Source: an uncultured virus (IMG/VR IMGVR_UViG_3300046507_000547) (lineage: Duplodnaviria; Heunggongvirae; Uroviricota; Caudoviricetes). Taken from it: DNA of 64,000 bases. A program made the position numbers and the translations under genes. The stretch lies in the IMG/VR virus record IMGVR_UViG_3300046507_000547; one strand, written 5' to 3'. The notes under the pieces were generated by a model. The model was not told the origin of the DNA. It saw only the letters and a program-made list of their open reading frames with translations, and made no database searches. Numbering within the stretch: position 1 is the first letter of the stretch; each line of letters starts with the position of its first letter. Of this stretch, positions 1 to 9,230 are shown piece after piece.

Positions 1-149
1 GCCATACCGGCCGCGTCCGGTCAAGATCCACACTCACACGGTCGACCGTAGATAGCCGCAGTACACCGCGCGACCGCAGTACAGTGCGGTTTACTGCGGT
101 ATACCGTGCAATTGCATGACCCCCGCGACCGCGTGAACGGCCCGGGGGC

Positions 150-386
150 GTGGACGACACTGACCGGAGCGTCGACATGAACCACCCTACGGAGCCGCAG
201 CCCGCGGTCCAGACCGCCGACACGATCGACGCCATAGAACCGGCCGGGCCCAGCCCGTGCCGCTGCGGCAGCCGGGATCACGAGGCCATCCGCATCGGCG
301 ACCAGCTGTCGCCCACCGGATCCGCGGTGCGCACCGTCTACGTGTGCCCCGCCGTATCCGCCACCGGCCTGGACGGTGTCCTGTGA
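150..386 (+). CDS. small hypothetical protein (CxC...C motifs)
   Basis: ORF with plausible codon usage; stop overlaps the next GTG. Confidence 0.45.
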   Translation: MDDTDRSVDMNHPTEPQPAVQTADTIDAIEPAGPSPCRCGSRDHEAIRIGDQLSPTGSAVRTVYVCPAVSATGLDGVL

Positions 387-553
387 AGCCGCCGATCGCG
401 AGCCGATCGGCTGCATCCGACGAGGGCATTGCGGGCGCGTGCCGCCTCGGCGAGCACAAGGAGTGTCACGGGAACGTCGACCTGCCGTCCGGCCTCACCC
501 GGATACCTGTCCCGCTGCTGCGCTGCGCGTGCCGCTGCCACAAGCACGGCTGA
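383..553 (+). CDS. small Cys/His-rich hypothetical protein
   Basis: GTGA-coupled ORF: ACRLGEHKECHG...RCACRCHKHG. Confidence 0.45.
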   Translation: MKPPIASRSAASDEGIAGACRLGEHKECHGNVDLPSGLTRIPVPLLRCACRCHKHG

Positions 554-754
554 CCCTCCGCTGGCCGCCTTTGGACTGGACCTCGTTATTGCCTGTCAGG
601 TAAGCCGTGGCCACCGCCTGACCTGCAGCTACGGAAACGTGCCCCGCGCACACAGGTCGCTCACATATATGCGCCTTCCATGCTTCCATCACGGCCTGGC
701 GTGCTGTTGAATCTGGTTCAGTCGCGCGGTCAACCGTTGCGCCATGTAAACCGT

Positions 755-985
755 TTAGCCGTGAAGGAGGTAGGTGACGTGAACCCGCAGTGCGTGAGCG
801 ACGAGCAGCAGGTGGCTGAGTTTCATCTCGCTGCCGGCTTCCATGCGCTGGATCGTCGACCGGTCGAGGCCGCTGGTGTAGGCGAGGGTCTCTTGCGTCA
901 TGTTCTGGCGGAGGCGGCGTATCCGGATGCGGTCGCCGGTGGCTCGGCGGGCGTCGAGGACCCACTCGGGCTGATCGGCTGGCAC
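755..985 (-). CDS. XRE-family HTH transcriptional regulator
   Basis: GDRIRIRRLRQNMTQETLAYTSGLDRSTIQRMEAG is a typical HTH_3 pattern. Confidence 0.85.
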   Translation of the reverse strand: MPADQPEWVLDARRATGDRIRIRRLRQNMTQETLAYTSGLDRSTIQRMEAGSEMKLSHLLLVAHALRVHVTYLLHG

Positions 986-1161
986 CCGGCCAACGCTTTA
1001 CCGACCATGATCATAAGTCAGCAGCAGATTTGCGGCATTCTTCGATCATGAAACTCGCGCGACGGACGGGCCACTCCTCCCCGTAGAACAGGTGGGTGCC
1101 CACCTCGGGTGGCCATGTGACGCACTGGCATATGCCGAAGAGTTGCGGGTAGTGTCAGCCA

Positions 1162-1177
1162 TCGAACGCGTGTTCTA
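1162..1177. promoter_or_regulatory. LexA (SOS) box-like site
   Basis: TCGAAC-GCGT-GTTCTA, one mismatch to the actinobacterial TCGAAC-N4-GTTCGA; TAGTGT -10-like hexamer at 1150-1155. Confidence 0.55.
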
Positions 1178-1409
1178 TGCATGAATGCTTCGGCCCCGCG
1201 GAGACCTGAACGCCGCGGGGCCGAGTGGACCGCCGCCTAGCCGTGTACCCCCGGCCGGGAGGTGGACCAGTGCGGGTGCCGGGGAGTAGTTGCCGGGTAC
1301 CCGTGCGAACGACAGCCGGAGCCGGCCCCCCGCCTCCAAGGGTGCAAAGGGGCCGGCTCCGGCCTGTTGTGTTGTCTACCGCAAGGTCGCACCTGGCGGC
1401 ATCAACCTT

Positions 1410-1693
1410 CAGGCTGACCTGGTCGAGTCCTTGTACAGCCCTGGTTGGGGAAATGGGAAACGAGTGGGATAGGAACGCCCTAACCAGAGCCCAACCAGAA
1501 CGAACTAGAGCCCAACTATCCGCACGAAGTGCCAGGTAGACCGCCTAGTGACTGATGTTGTCGCTGGCGAGGATGGTGGGAAATTCTGGGGGTTCATCTT
1601 CATCTGGAAGTCGGGGGATCGGGCCTATCGATCTCTCTGACCTGCGGATCCCTTGATCCAGTGAGGGGGAGTGGGAAACGAGTGGGAAACGAT
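1410..1693. other. attachment region (attP-like) with integrase arm-type repeats
   Basis: TGGGAAACGAGTGGGA at 1454-1469 and 1672-1687; tandem GAGTGGGAAAC at 1669-1690; phased AACCAG/AACTAG repeats at 1482-1519; lies directly 3' of the integrase. Confidence 0.65.
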
Positions 1694-2980
1694 CTAGCTT
1701 TCCGACCGCCTCAACCGCTCCTGGAGCCCGTCCCAACGCTCCTGCAACGTCTTCATGATGGCACGCTCCATCGGCACCGTCACGCTGCTGTAGATCCCCT
1801 CGACACCCGGCACCTCATGGCCCATCCGGGACTCCACCGCAAACTTGCTGTGGCCGTCCTCGTCCAGCCAGGCCTTCGCTCCATGCCGCAGCAGATACAG
1901 CCGCTTCCCCTTGAAGGTCGCCACCTCAGGAATCTTCGGCCTGGGCTTGCGCACACGCTCTCCATCGCGCGCATCGGCGCCGTCGGCGATGGGCCGCCAG
2001 TACTTGTAGTCGAAGTTCACCGCCCCCAGGCTGCCGCCCTCGATCGCCGGGAACACCCACCGGCTGTCATGCGAGGCGAGCAGCTGCTCCAGCAGCCCGG
2101 CCAGGAACGGCGGCACCACGAGCGTCCGGCTGCTGCCGTACTTCGGCGGGAAGAACCTCAGCTCCCCGTCTGCGTACTGAACTTGGCGTTCAACACGGAT
2201 CGCCGGCATCAGGTCGCCGCCCTTGCCGTAGCGCTCCGCGTCCTCCTCGTACCGCACCTCCTCGTCGGGATCCGCCTTCGGGTCGGAGCCCGGCCAGTTC
2301 GGATGGCAGTACTCACGGGTCAGCCCGTACAGCTCGGCTGGCCGCATGCCGGTCATGGCCATCGTCCACATGAAGACGTAGCCGGACTCGCCGAAGTAGG
2401 TGCGCGCGTTCTGTGCGAGCTGCTCGACGATCTCCGGGCGGACATCCTTCTTCCGCTCTTTCGGCTTCTTCGTGAACTTGCCGCGCCGCCTGGTGCGTTC
2501 GACGGGCGAGGTCTTCATGAGCCGGGGTACGGCGTCGTCGAGGACCATGCCGAGGACCATCATCACGTTCTTCGCGGACCCCGGCCCGACCGCACCGTTG
2601 GCGTACTTGCGGAAGGCCCGGTAGGCGAGGACGTCGATGTCGGCGACCGCGGTGTTCCGCTTCTTGAAGTACGGGCGAATATGGTTCTCGATCACCGACC
2701 GGTAGCCGCGCTCGGTCAGATGCGCGTGGTCCATGGAGGCAAGCCAGTCGTCAAGCCAGTCCGACATCAGGGTCTTGCCGTCGCGATTGGATACGTGATC
2801 GCCGCGCCGGATCTCCGACATCTTGTCGAGGCCGTGCTCGTAGGCGCTGTCCTCGTCGGTGAAACCGCCCTTGGACTCGAACCTTTTGCGGCCGTCGTCG
2901 TGAAACTCGCCGGTCCACCACTTCACGCGGCAGGTACCGCCGCGCCACTCGACATAGACGTCACGCGCTCGTCTGGCCAT
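1694..2980 (-). CDS. int: tyrosine recombinase / phage integrase
   Basis: TGMRPAELYGL (catalytic R), LYLLRHG (HxxR-box variant), RMGH...GIY (catalytic Tyr); N-terminal arm-binding region. Confidence 0.95.
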   Translation of the reverse strand: MARRARDVYVEWRGGTCRVKWWTGEFHDDGRKRFESKGGFTDEDSAYEHGLDKMSEIRRGDHVSNRDGKTLMSDWLDDWLASMDHAHLTERGYRSVIENHIRPYFKKRNTAVADIDVLAYRAFRKYANGAVGPGSAKNVMMVLGMVLDDAVPRLMKTSPVERTRRRGKFTKKPKERKKDVRPEIVEQLAQNARTYFGESGYVFMWTMAMTGMRPAELYGLTREYCHPNWPGSDPKADPDEEVRYEEDAERYGKGGDLMPAIRVERQVQYADGELRFFPPKYGSSRTLVVPPFLAGLLEQLLASHDSRWVFPAIEGGSLGAVNFDYKYWRPIADGADARDGERVRKPRPKIPEVATFKGKRLYLLRHGAKAWLDEDGHSKFAVESRMGHEVPGVEGIYSSVTVPMERAIMKTLQERWDGLQERLRRSES

Positions 2981-3055
2981 CTTCGCCCCTCGGATGCCGG
3001 TGGTGAGCGGACTCGGCGGTACCCCTACCGCCGAGACTCCGCATCACTCATGGTC

Positions 3056-3256
3056 TCAGCCAGCCTTGCCCAGCGGGCAGCCCTGGCATCCTCCGCACTT
3101 GCCACCGAGGCCTTGCACCAGATCGCGCATCGTTTCCTGAACTTCGACACGCCCCCACTGGCAGGGGATCACGCAGACGATCCCGTTGTCGACCTTGACG
3201 GCCTGACCTAGAAAGCCCGGCCCGTAGTCGGCTATGAGTGCGCCTTCTTGCATCAT
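3056..3256 (-). CDS. small Cys-rich hypothetical protein
   Basis: ORF between repressor and integrase; GGGGAG SD-like; C-terminal CGGCQGC. Confidence 0.5.
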   Translation of the reverse strand: MMQEGALIADYGPGFLGQAVKVDNGIVCVIPCQWGRVEVQETMRDLVQGLGGKCGGCQGCPLGKAG

Positions 3257-3416
3257 GGCTCCCCCTGTTAGGGCTTGAAGGGAGCCTCCAAGGGTGTGGC
3301 TTGAACTCTGCCACGTTCAGTGCCGGTTGCAACCACTTGCGTCACAAGAGGCGGGCTAGGTATCGATTACAGGGTCGATAAAGCAAATGGTTGTACGCCA
3401 ATTGAGTGAACTTCAG

Positions 3417-3833
3417 TCAGATCCGGCCACGCTTCTTGAGGTCTTGGACCACCCGATCACTCAGCGCCCGGATCTCATCGGCTGACAGCCCGGTCGTGGC
3501 GATCGCCGCCAGCTGCACGGTCTCGCGCACGTCTTCACTCAGATCCTCCCCCGTGAGGGTCGTCTTCACGGCACCGGGGGCGCCGCCCTCAACCGGCACG
3601 GCTCCTGTCGGATTCTCGCCGCGCAGGATCGCTTCACAGCTTCCGGCCGCCCACTGGAGCGCCGGCTCCATTTTGGCGTAGGTCCCGTCGCGGACCACGA
3701 GGCCGTCCTCGACGCGAGCCCAGGTGTCCTTCGAGATCTCTGCCGCCTTTGCTGCGGCCAGGCGTGACGGGAACAGGACGAGGCGTTGCGCCTTCACGGC
3801 TTTGGCGAGGGCAGCAAGGTCGGGTGTCGACAT
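3417..3833 (-). CDS. probable phage immunity repressor (HTH)
   Basis: SRLAAAKAAEISKDTWARVEDG HTH; divergent from the Cro-like gene; start placed at MSTPDL. Confidence 0.75.
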   Translation of the reverse strand: MSTPDLAALAKAVKAQRLVLFPSRLAAAKAAEISKDTWARVEDGLVVRDGTYAKMEPALQWAAGSCEAILRGENPTGAVPVEGGAPGAVKTTLTGEDLSEDVRETVQLAAIATTGLSADEIRALSDRVVQDLKKRGRI

Positions 3834-3839
3834 GGGGAC

Positions 3840-3999
3840 ATCTTGGCAGGGCCAGCCAGGGCCAGCTAGGACCAGGGGCAACTAAGGCCGAATCCTTGAC
3901 CAGCACGTTTGAGGTAGACCTAACTTCGGCTAGAAACGCAGTCCAATCTGTTCCTAACTAGAGCTAGACATCGAGGCTACTTAAGGCTAACTTCTAGGC
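3840..3999. promoter_or_regulatory. immunity switch: divergent promoters and candidate operators
   Basis: TAGACA(3965)-N17-TAACTT(3988)-N6-ATG; CTAACTnnnGCTAG at 3920-3933 and 3954-3967; GGGCCAGCYA tandem at 3849-3868. Confidence 0.55.
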
Positions 4000-4260
4000 A
4001 TGTACCAACCCCCAACCACCTTCCTGGTGAACGGGCCGAGAGCCCGTGAGCTGCGAAAGAACGCCGGGGTCGAACTCGCAGACATGGCCAGAAGTGCGCT
4101 GATCAGCCGGCGTTACCTCAGCCACATAGAGAACGGCACCCGCAAGCGCATGAGACCGGCCCCGTATCAGCGCCTGCGCAAGGCCCTGGGGGCGAACGAA
4201 ACCGAACTGATCTTGGCCCCACCCGAGACCACACCCCCCGAGGAGAACCCCAGTGCCTAG
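4000..4260 (+). CDS. Cro-like XRE HTH protein
   Basis: RELRKNAGVELADMARSALISRRYLSHIENG. Confidence 0.85.
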   Translation: MYQPPTTFLVNGPRARELRKNAGVELADMARSALISRRYLSHIENGTRKRMRPAPYQRLRKALGANETELILAPPETTPPEENPSA

Positions 4261-4507
4261 CGACAAGTACCTCCGATACGGCCGCCCCACGCCGCCGGCC
4301 GACGTGAACCAGGAGTTCATGACCGTCCAGGAGACGGCCTTCGTCCTGGGCTGCAGCGTCGACACGATCCGGGCGCGCATCAAGGATCTGAGGCTCGCGA
4401 GCAAGCCCGGCCGTCGCGTGATCACCAACAAGTCAGACCGGATGCGCATCCACGCCGCGGGGCGCAAGCCGCGCCCTAAGCCGGCCGAGCTCGCCACCGC
4501 CGCATAA
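4253..4507 (+). CDS. xis: excisionase-like HTH (RDF)
   Basis: FMTVQETAFVLGCSVDTIRARIK, MerR/HTH_17-like; position after cro. Confidence 0.7.
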   Translation: MPSDKYLRYGRPTPPADVNQEFMTVQETAFVLGCSVDTIRARIKDLRLASKPGRRVITNKSDRMRIHAAGRKPRPKPAELATAA

Positions 4508-4594
4508 CGCGGCCCCAACCGCCGGAGTCCAGTCCAGCAGCCGGGGCCACCGCGGCTCACGCCGCGCGATCCACCTCTCACCATCCCGACAGAG

Positions 4595-4852
4595 ATGAGG
4601 CAGACCGTGCCTTCCACTATCCCACCCACTCCCGGCTCCCCGACTCCCGGCGCGTCCCCGCTGGTTGAGCAGTTGCCGTCCAACCTGACCGAGATCCGGA
4701 TCATGCCGGGGTTCGGTAACCGTCTGCAGCTCGTGTACTGCGGCACGGAGGGCATGCCGGAGCCGATGCAGGGCGCGGTCGCCTCGGTGACCGTGTACGG
4801 CGACGGACGCATCTCCTACGAGCCCATCCCGCAGGCGGAGGTGCTGTCGTGA
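4595..4852 (+). CDS. hypothetical phage protein
   Basis: ORF in early operon, GTGA overlap with next gene. Confidence 0.55.
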   Translation: MRQTVPSTIPPTPGSPTPGASPLVEQLPSNLTEIRIMPGFGNRLQLVYCGTEGMPEPMQGAVASVTVYGDGRISYEPIPQAEVLS

Positions 4853-5451
4853 CCGACTACTCCGAGTCCGCCGCCCGGTTCACCCGGGAGACCGCCGCCC
4901 ACGAGCTGACCGTCCTGCACCATGACGGCCTATACCGGCACTTCAAGCTGGCCGACCCGTCTGGCGGCTTCTACCGCTTCGACCTGATCACCTGGCCGCA
5001 CAACCTGTTCCTGCGTGGTGACGGATTCAGCTTTGGCTTCGCCGCCTGGCCGACCGAGGACATGTTCGACGTGTTCCGCGGGTCGCGCAGCGGCGGCATC
5101 AACCCCGGCTACTGGCAGGAGAAGGTCACCGCCGGGCAGGTCAAGGACTGGTCCGAGAGTCTGTTCCGCGCCTGGGTGCTCGACGAGGCCGCGAAGGCCG
5201 AGAGCCGCTTCCCGGGCGCCGTGGAGGCCGTGACCAAGCAGATCCTGCACTCCGACGAGCACAGCACCGAGTACCAGGGCACCGCCGAGTACGCGGTCGC
5301 AGCGTTCAGCCACGGCGACTACCGGCTCCGCATCCCGAACGACTGGGAGAAGTCCTTCGAGGACTACTCGTGGGAGTACCTGTTCGCCTGCCACGCCGTC
5401 CTGTTCGGCATCGCCAAGTACGACGCGCTCTCGAAGGCGGTGGCGGCATGA
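4849..5451 (+). CDS. hypothetical phage protein
   Basis: 200 aa, high GC3, GGAGG SD. Confidence 0.8.
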   Translation: MTDYSESAARFTRETAAHELTVLHHDGLYRHFKLADPSGGFYRFDLITWPHNLFLRGDGFSFGFAAWPTEDMFDVFRGSRSGGINPGYWQEKVTAGQVKDWSESLFRAWVLDEAAKAESRFPGAVEAVTKQILHSDEHSTEYQGTAEYAVAAFSHGDYRLRIPNDWEKSFEDYSWEYLFACHAVLFGIAKYDALSKAVAA

Positions 5452-5840
5452 CCGACTACCCCGAGGTCACGGCGTGGCTGGTGAAGAAGGCCCGCGAGTT
5501 CAGGGCTGAAGGCACACGCGAGGGCCGAGCGCAGGCCGACACGGTGGCGGTGATCGCCTCGAAGATCAGCCGTGGCGCCGTCCGTCCGAACAACCTGCTG
5601 ATGCTGGCCGAGCCGGGCTTCTTCGAGTCCGGACGCACCTACCAGAGCAGCCTGCACGCCGACCTCCGGTTCGAGTGCCTCGCGATCAGCGCGGACCCGG
5701 CCACCCGTGAAACGCAGGCCATCGGTTGGCGGTTCGGTCCGCCCGACGAAGGCGTCCGCAAGCACCGGCTCGCCGCGCTGGACGCCAGCGACTGGTCCTG
5801 CTGCGACTGGACCGACGTCACCGAGGGCGGTGCCTCGTGA
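5448..5840 (+). CDS. hypothetical phage protein
   Basis: ATGA-coupled ORF. Confidence 0.7.
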   Translation: MTDYPEVTAWLVKKAREFRAEGTREGRAQADTVAVIASKISRGAVRPNNLLMLAEPGFFESGRTYQSSLHADLRFECLAISADPATRETQAIGWRFGPPDEGVRKHRLAALDASDWSCCDWTDVTEGGAS

Positions 5841-6223
5841 CCAGCTCGATGGAGTGGATCCGCCGCACCTACGACGTGCCCGCCCGGCACCGGATGCGTA
5901 TCGAGTACGACGGCAAGCCCGCCACGATCGTCGGCACCCGAGGCCCATACCTCGCCTTCCGCGTCGACGGCGAGAAGCGCATCAGGGCCGACCACCCCAC
6001 CTACCGCATCGTCTACCCGGCCGTCCCGACCCCTGCCCGCCCGCGCGGCTGGTGCGAGCACTGCTGCAAGGACCGGGCCATGACTGCAGACGGCGTCATG
6101 GGCGCGCACCGCTGGGGCGGCAAGGACTGGTCCGAGCCGTGCCCCGGCACGGGCAAGCCCCCCTGGAAGCCCGTCCGCAACCAGACCCACCCCGGCGAGC
6201 AGCGTCAGGCGGTGGCCTCATGA
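5837..6223 (+). CDS. hypothetical phage protein
   Basis: GTGA-coupled; C-terminal Cys/His motif. Confidence 0.7.
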   Translation: MTSSMEWIRRTYDVPARHRMRIEYDGKPATIVGTRGPYLAFRVDGEKRIRADHPTYRIVYPAVPTPARPRGWCEHCCKDRAMTADGVMGAHRWGGKDWSEPCPGTGKPPWKPVRNQTHPGEQRQAVAS

Positions 6224-6480
6224 CCGCCATCGACCCGCAACTGGCCGCGAGGGTGGCCGAGCTGGGCGTCCCGCTGTCGGCGGACTGGGCACCGCCGCCC
6301 GCCACCCCCCGCTGGCACCAGCTCCGCACCGAGCTGATCTCCACGTTCCGCCCCTACATGCCGGAGACGGCCGCGACCAAGGCAGTCGACCTGGTGGACG
6401 AGGTGATCGTCGAGGCGCTGCTCGAAGGCGCGAGGAACCCGTCGCCGCTCGGCCTCACCGGCGAGGAGTCGGCCCGATGA
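6220..6480 (+). CDS. hypothetical phage protein
   Basis: ATGA-coupled. Confidence 0.65.
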   Translation: MTAIDPQLAARVAELGVPLSADWAPPPATPRWHQLRTELISTFRPYMPETAATKAVDLVDEVIVEALLEGARNPSPLGLTGEESAR

Positions 6481-6731
6481 CCCGCCCAATCTCCGACCTG
6501 GACGTGCCGCTGACCACCGTGCAGCAGATCGTCGCCCGGCAGCGCAACTGCCAGACGCTGGCCGACGCCGCAGCCCACACGCACTCCCCGTCCGACCGCA
6601 TCGCCTACGCCCACGACGCATGGCTCCTCAGCCACCCCGACGAGGCCTGCGCCACCGACGCCGACTACCCGGCGTGGGCCACCGCTCTTGCCGCCCAGCC
6701 CACCTACTACCGCCCGTTGGAGGCGTCGTGA
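6477..6731 (+). CDS. hypothetical phage protein
   Basis: ATGA-coupled, GAGGAG SD. Confidence 0.65.
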   Translation: MTRPISDLDVPLTTVQQIVARQRNCQTLADAAAHTHSPSDRIAYAHDAWLLSHPDEACATDADYPAWATALAAQPTYYRPLEAS

Positions 6732-6949
6732 ACGACGACCAGACCCGCCTGCTCAACCAGACGCTCGCCCTCGGCGGTAACCCCGACGACGTCCAGATCG
6801 CCGAGCAGTACGGCCACACGCTCATCATCCACGGCACCGTGACGATCGCGGTCAGTCTGTCCAGCCAGGCCGCCCTCGACAAGCTCGCCACGGTCACCGC
6901 GCAGGCCGCCGCCAACAACCGGGCCCGCAGGCTGCGCGAGGTGGCGTGA
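6728..6949 (+). CDS. hypothetical phage protein
   Basis: GTGA-coupled, GGAGG SD. Confidence 0.65.
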   Translation: MNDDQTRLLNQTLALGGNPDDVQIAEQYGHTLIIHGTVTIAVSLSSQAALDKLATVTAQAAANNRARRLREVA

Positions 6950-7122
6950 TGGCCTCCCCGATCCGCCCCGCCGACGTCGTCGAGGACGCCCTCATCCGCG
7001 TCTACACCCAGGCCCACCGCGAGTTCGGCCCCGACGAGCGCAACTGGCTGCCCGGGCAGGTCCGCGAATACGAGCTGCGCCTCGACGCCGCCCGCATGGA
7101 CCCCGAAGCGGCGGTGGCCTGA
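6949..7122 (+). CDS. hypothetical phage protein (57 aa, not in ORF track)
   Basis: TGATG coupling; MASPIRPADVVEDAL... Confidence 0.6.
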   Translation: MASPIRPADVVEDALIRVYTQAHREFGPDERNWLPGQVREYELRLDAARMDPEAAVA

Positions 7123-7292
7123 TGACCACCGCGACACGGCAGACGGCAGCCCCGTCCCTCGACGCGATCCTCACGGCCCCGGCCGTCGTCGTCCCCGGCA
7201 TCGCCCGCTGGCTCGGCTACATCGACGACCGGCAGCCCCTCGACGAGGACTTCGAGGACTACTGCAACCGCATCAGCAAGGAGGGGCAGTGA
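7122..7292 (+). CDS. hypothetical phage protein (56 aa)
   Basis: TGATG coupling. Confidence 0.55.
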   Translation: MTTATRQTAAPSLDAILTAPAVVVPGIARWLGYIDDRQPLDEDFEDYCNRISKEGQ

Positions 7293-7396
7293 AGACCGTC
7301 GCCCTGTGCATCACTCCGGCCGTACTGCTCGCCGTGTTCGCCGTCGCCTTCGTCCGCACCTTCGGCACCGTCGAGACGCCCGAGGAGGAGCAGTGA
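7289..7396 (+). CDS. small membrane protein (35 aa)
   Basis: AGGAGG SD; hydrophobic stretch VALCITPAVLLAVFAVAFV. Confidence 0.5.
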   Translation: MKTVALCITPAVLLAVFAVAFVRTFGTVETPEEEQ

Positions 7397-7878
7397 CGAT
7401 CACCGCGTACCTGCCCCGCCTCGGCCTCCTTGAGCGGCCCGTCCGCAAGCCGCGACACCGTGCGTCCGACGAGGTGGAGACGCTCCGCCTGAAGAAGGTG
7501 TGGGCCGACTCGCTCATCAAAACCCTGCGGGTCCAGCTCGACGACGCGGATGCCCGGCACGCCGAGGTCATCGCCCGCATCGACGAGCGGCACGGCGAGA
7601 TCGTCCGCGGACTCGAAGCGCAGATCGCCGAGTTCGAGCGCCGCCTGGAAATCAGGACCTTCGCCGATGCGGCCGCCGCGCAGACGCAGCCGATCCAGGT
7701 CATCACCCCGGTGCTGCCGCTGCACGAGGCGCCGTTCGCCACCACGAACCCCGGGCGCGTGACGCCGTCGTGGGCCGTGGCCGACGAGCCCGAGGTGGAC
7801 GACAACGAACTCGACGAGGACCACCCGGACTACGCACCGAACCCGCCCTACGACCTGCCCGAGGGGGACTGGCGATGA
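7393..7878 (+). CDS. hypothetical coiled-coil phage protein
   Basis: GTGA-coupled, GAGGAG SD. Confidence 0.7.
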   Translation: MTITAYLPRLGLLERPVRKPRHRASDEVETLRLKKVWADSLIKTLRVQLDDADARHAEVIARIDERHGEIVRGLEAQIAEFERRLEIRTFADAAAAQTQPIQVITPVLPLHEAPFATTNPGRVTPSWAVADEPEVDDNELDEDHPDYAPNPPYDLPEGDWR

Positions 7879-8402
7879 GCACTGCAACCGAAACTCTGGA
7901 GCAGGAGTACGACCGGCTCGCCGACGAGCAGGCGGAGATCAGTGCTCGGCGCCGCACGACAGGAGCGTCCAGCCCGGAAGACGTCGCCCGCTACGTCGTT
8001 GTGACGCGGAGGCTCCGCGAGATCCTCACGACGCCGCCGACCGGATACGGGCTGCCGAAGCCGCTGGCCGACCTCGTCGCCTACGCCGAGGCGCACGGCT
8101 GGCTGACGCTCGTGCAGTGGACGCCGCCTGGCTGGGCCGACGAAGTCTTCGTCAAGACGCAGGTCGGCCGCCGGTTGACCGAGGCCGAGCAGCAGGCCGG
8201 CGACTACTACTCCGACCGCTGGCTGTTCGAGATCACCTATCACTCGCGGGACTGCGCGCCCGGCGCAGTGCGGAAGTTCGGCTCGGGCAGCGGCTACACG
8301 CCGGAGCGGCGGGCGGCCGATCGGAGCCCGGCGCCCTCACTCAAGGCCATTCGCGCCGTCATCGCCGCACACCCGGCACCCGAGGCGGTGAGGGCAGCAT
8401 GA
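7875..8402 (+). CDS. hypothetical phage protein
   Basis: ATGA-coupled. Confidence 0.7.
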   Translation: MSTATETLEQEYDRLADEQAEISARRRTTGASSPEDVARYVVVTRRLREILTTPPTGYGLPKPLADLVAYAEAHGWLTLVQWTPPGWADEVFVKTQVGRRLTEAEQQAGDYYSDRWLFEITYHSRDCAPGAVRKFGSGSGYTPERRAADRSPAPSLKAIRAVIAAHPAPEAVRAA

Positions 8403-8806
8403 CCGTCCGCCCGCCGATAGTCGGCGCCGCCCTGTGGACCGCGGTGATGAAGCGAGCCGAGGGCCGCTGTGAGTGCAAGGGCGTCTGCGGCGCGAAGCAT
8501 GCGGACCGCACCCGGAAGCCGGGGCGCTGCGAGCTCACCAACGACGAGTACGTGTCGAAGCGCAAGTCCCGCATCCACCTGATCGCGACGCCTCGCGACC
8601 CGGTAAACGAGGGCGACTTCGTGACCGCGGCCCAGCTGCCGGCTCGTCGCCTGATCGCCCTGTGCCCCGACTGCTACGACGGCGTCCGCCGGATCTTCAA
8701 GAAGGCCGTGAAGCAGATGGCGCCGCAGGACGAAGGCCTCTTCGACGTCGACGAGTTCTACGTCGACCCGGCCAGCAAGACGCAGGCCGACGTGGGCGCC
8801 GCCTAG
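8399..8806 (+). CDS. HNH-like / Zn-binding protein
   Basis: RAEGRCECKGVCG...LIALCPDCYD resembles a degenerate HNH scaffold. Confidence 0.55.
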   Translation: MTVRPPIVGAALWTAVMKRAEGRCECKGVCGAKHADRTRKPGRCELTNDEYVSKRKSRIHLIATPRDPVNEGDFVTAAQLPARRLIALCPDCYDGVRRIFKKAVKQMAPQDEGLFDVDEFYVDPASKTQADVGAA

Positions 8807-8975
8807 ACCCGCCCCGCCGTCGGATGACACCCGGTCGGCGGCGGGGCGCACAACCACCCAGACCGGTCGCGTCGAGTCCCCCCAACTCCGCGGCCACCAG
8901 GGCGCCTCGCCTCGCACCACCCCCCCCGGTCGGGGCGAGGCGCCCGCCCATCAGCACACCCTGAAACGGAGAGAA

Positions 8976-9230
8976 ATGAGTACCAGCAGCCCCACCATCA
9001 CCCCAGAGACCGCACGCCACGTGCTGTGGACGTTCGGTCACGAGGGCGGCTACCAGCCCGGCACTTTCACGCAGAAGCTCATCGACCTCCTGGCCTACGC
9101 CCCGCCCGTCCAGATGGCGAAGCTGGCCCTCGGTTACCCGGTCGAGGCTGAAGCGGTTCGTCTCGCCAAGTACGACGAGGCTGGCATCGACCGGCTGAAG
9201 ACCATCGCGGCCGGCGGGGTGGCTGCGTGA
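8976..9230 (+). CDS. hypothetical phage protein
   Basis: GGAGA SD; coupled to the YqaJ gene. Confidence 0.7.
   Translation: MSTSSPTITPETARHVLWTFGHEGGYQPGTFTQKLIDLLAYAPPVQMAKLALGYPVEAEAVRLAKYDEAGIDRLKTIAAGGVAA

Noticed and set aside
1540..1640. tRNA fragment as att core
   Set aside because: No TTCGA T-loop or CCA-end pattern was recognisable; the core is unidentified.
1661..3211. 516-aa + strand ORF
   Set aside because: Antisense shadow of the integrase, typical of high-GC DNA.
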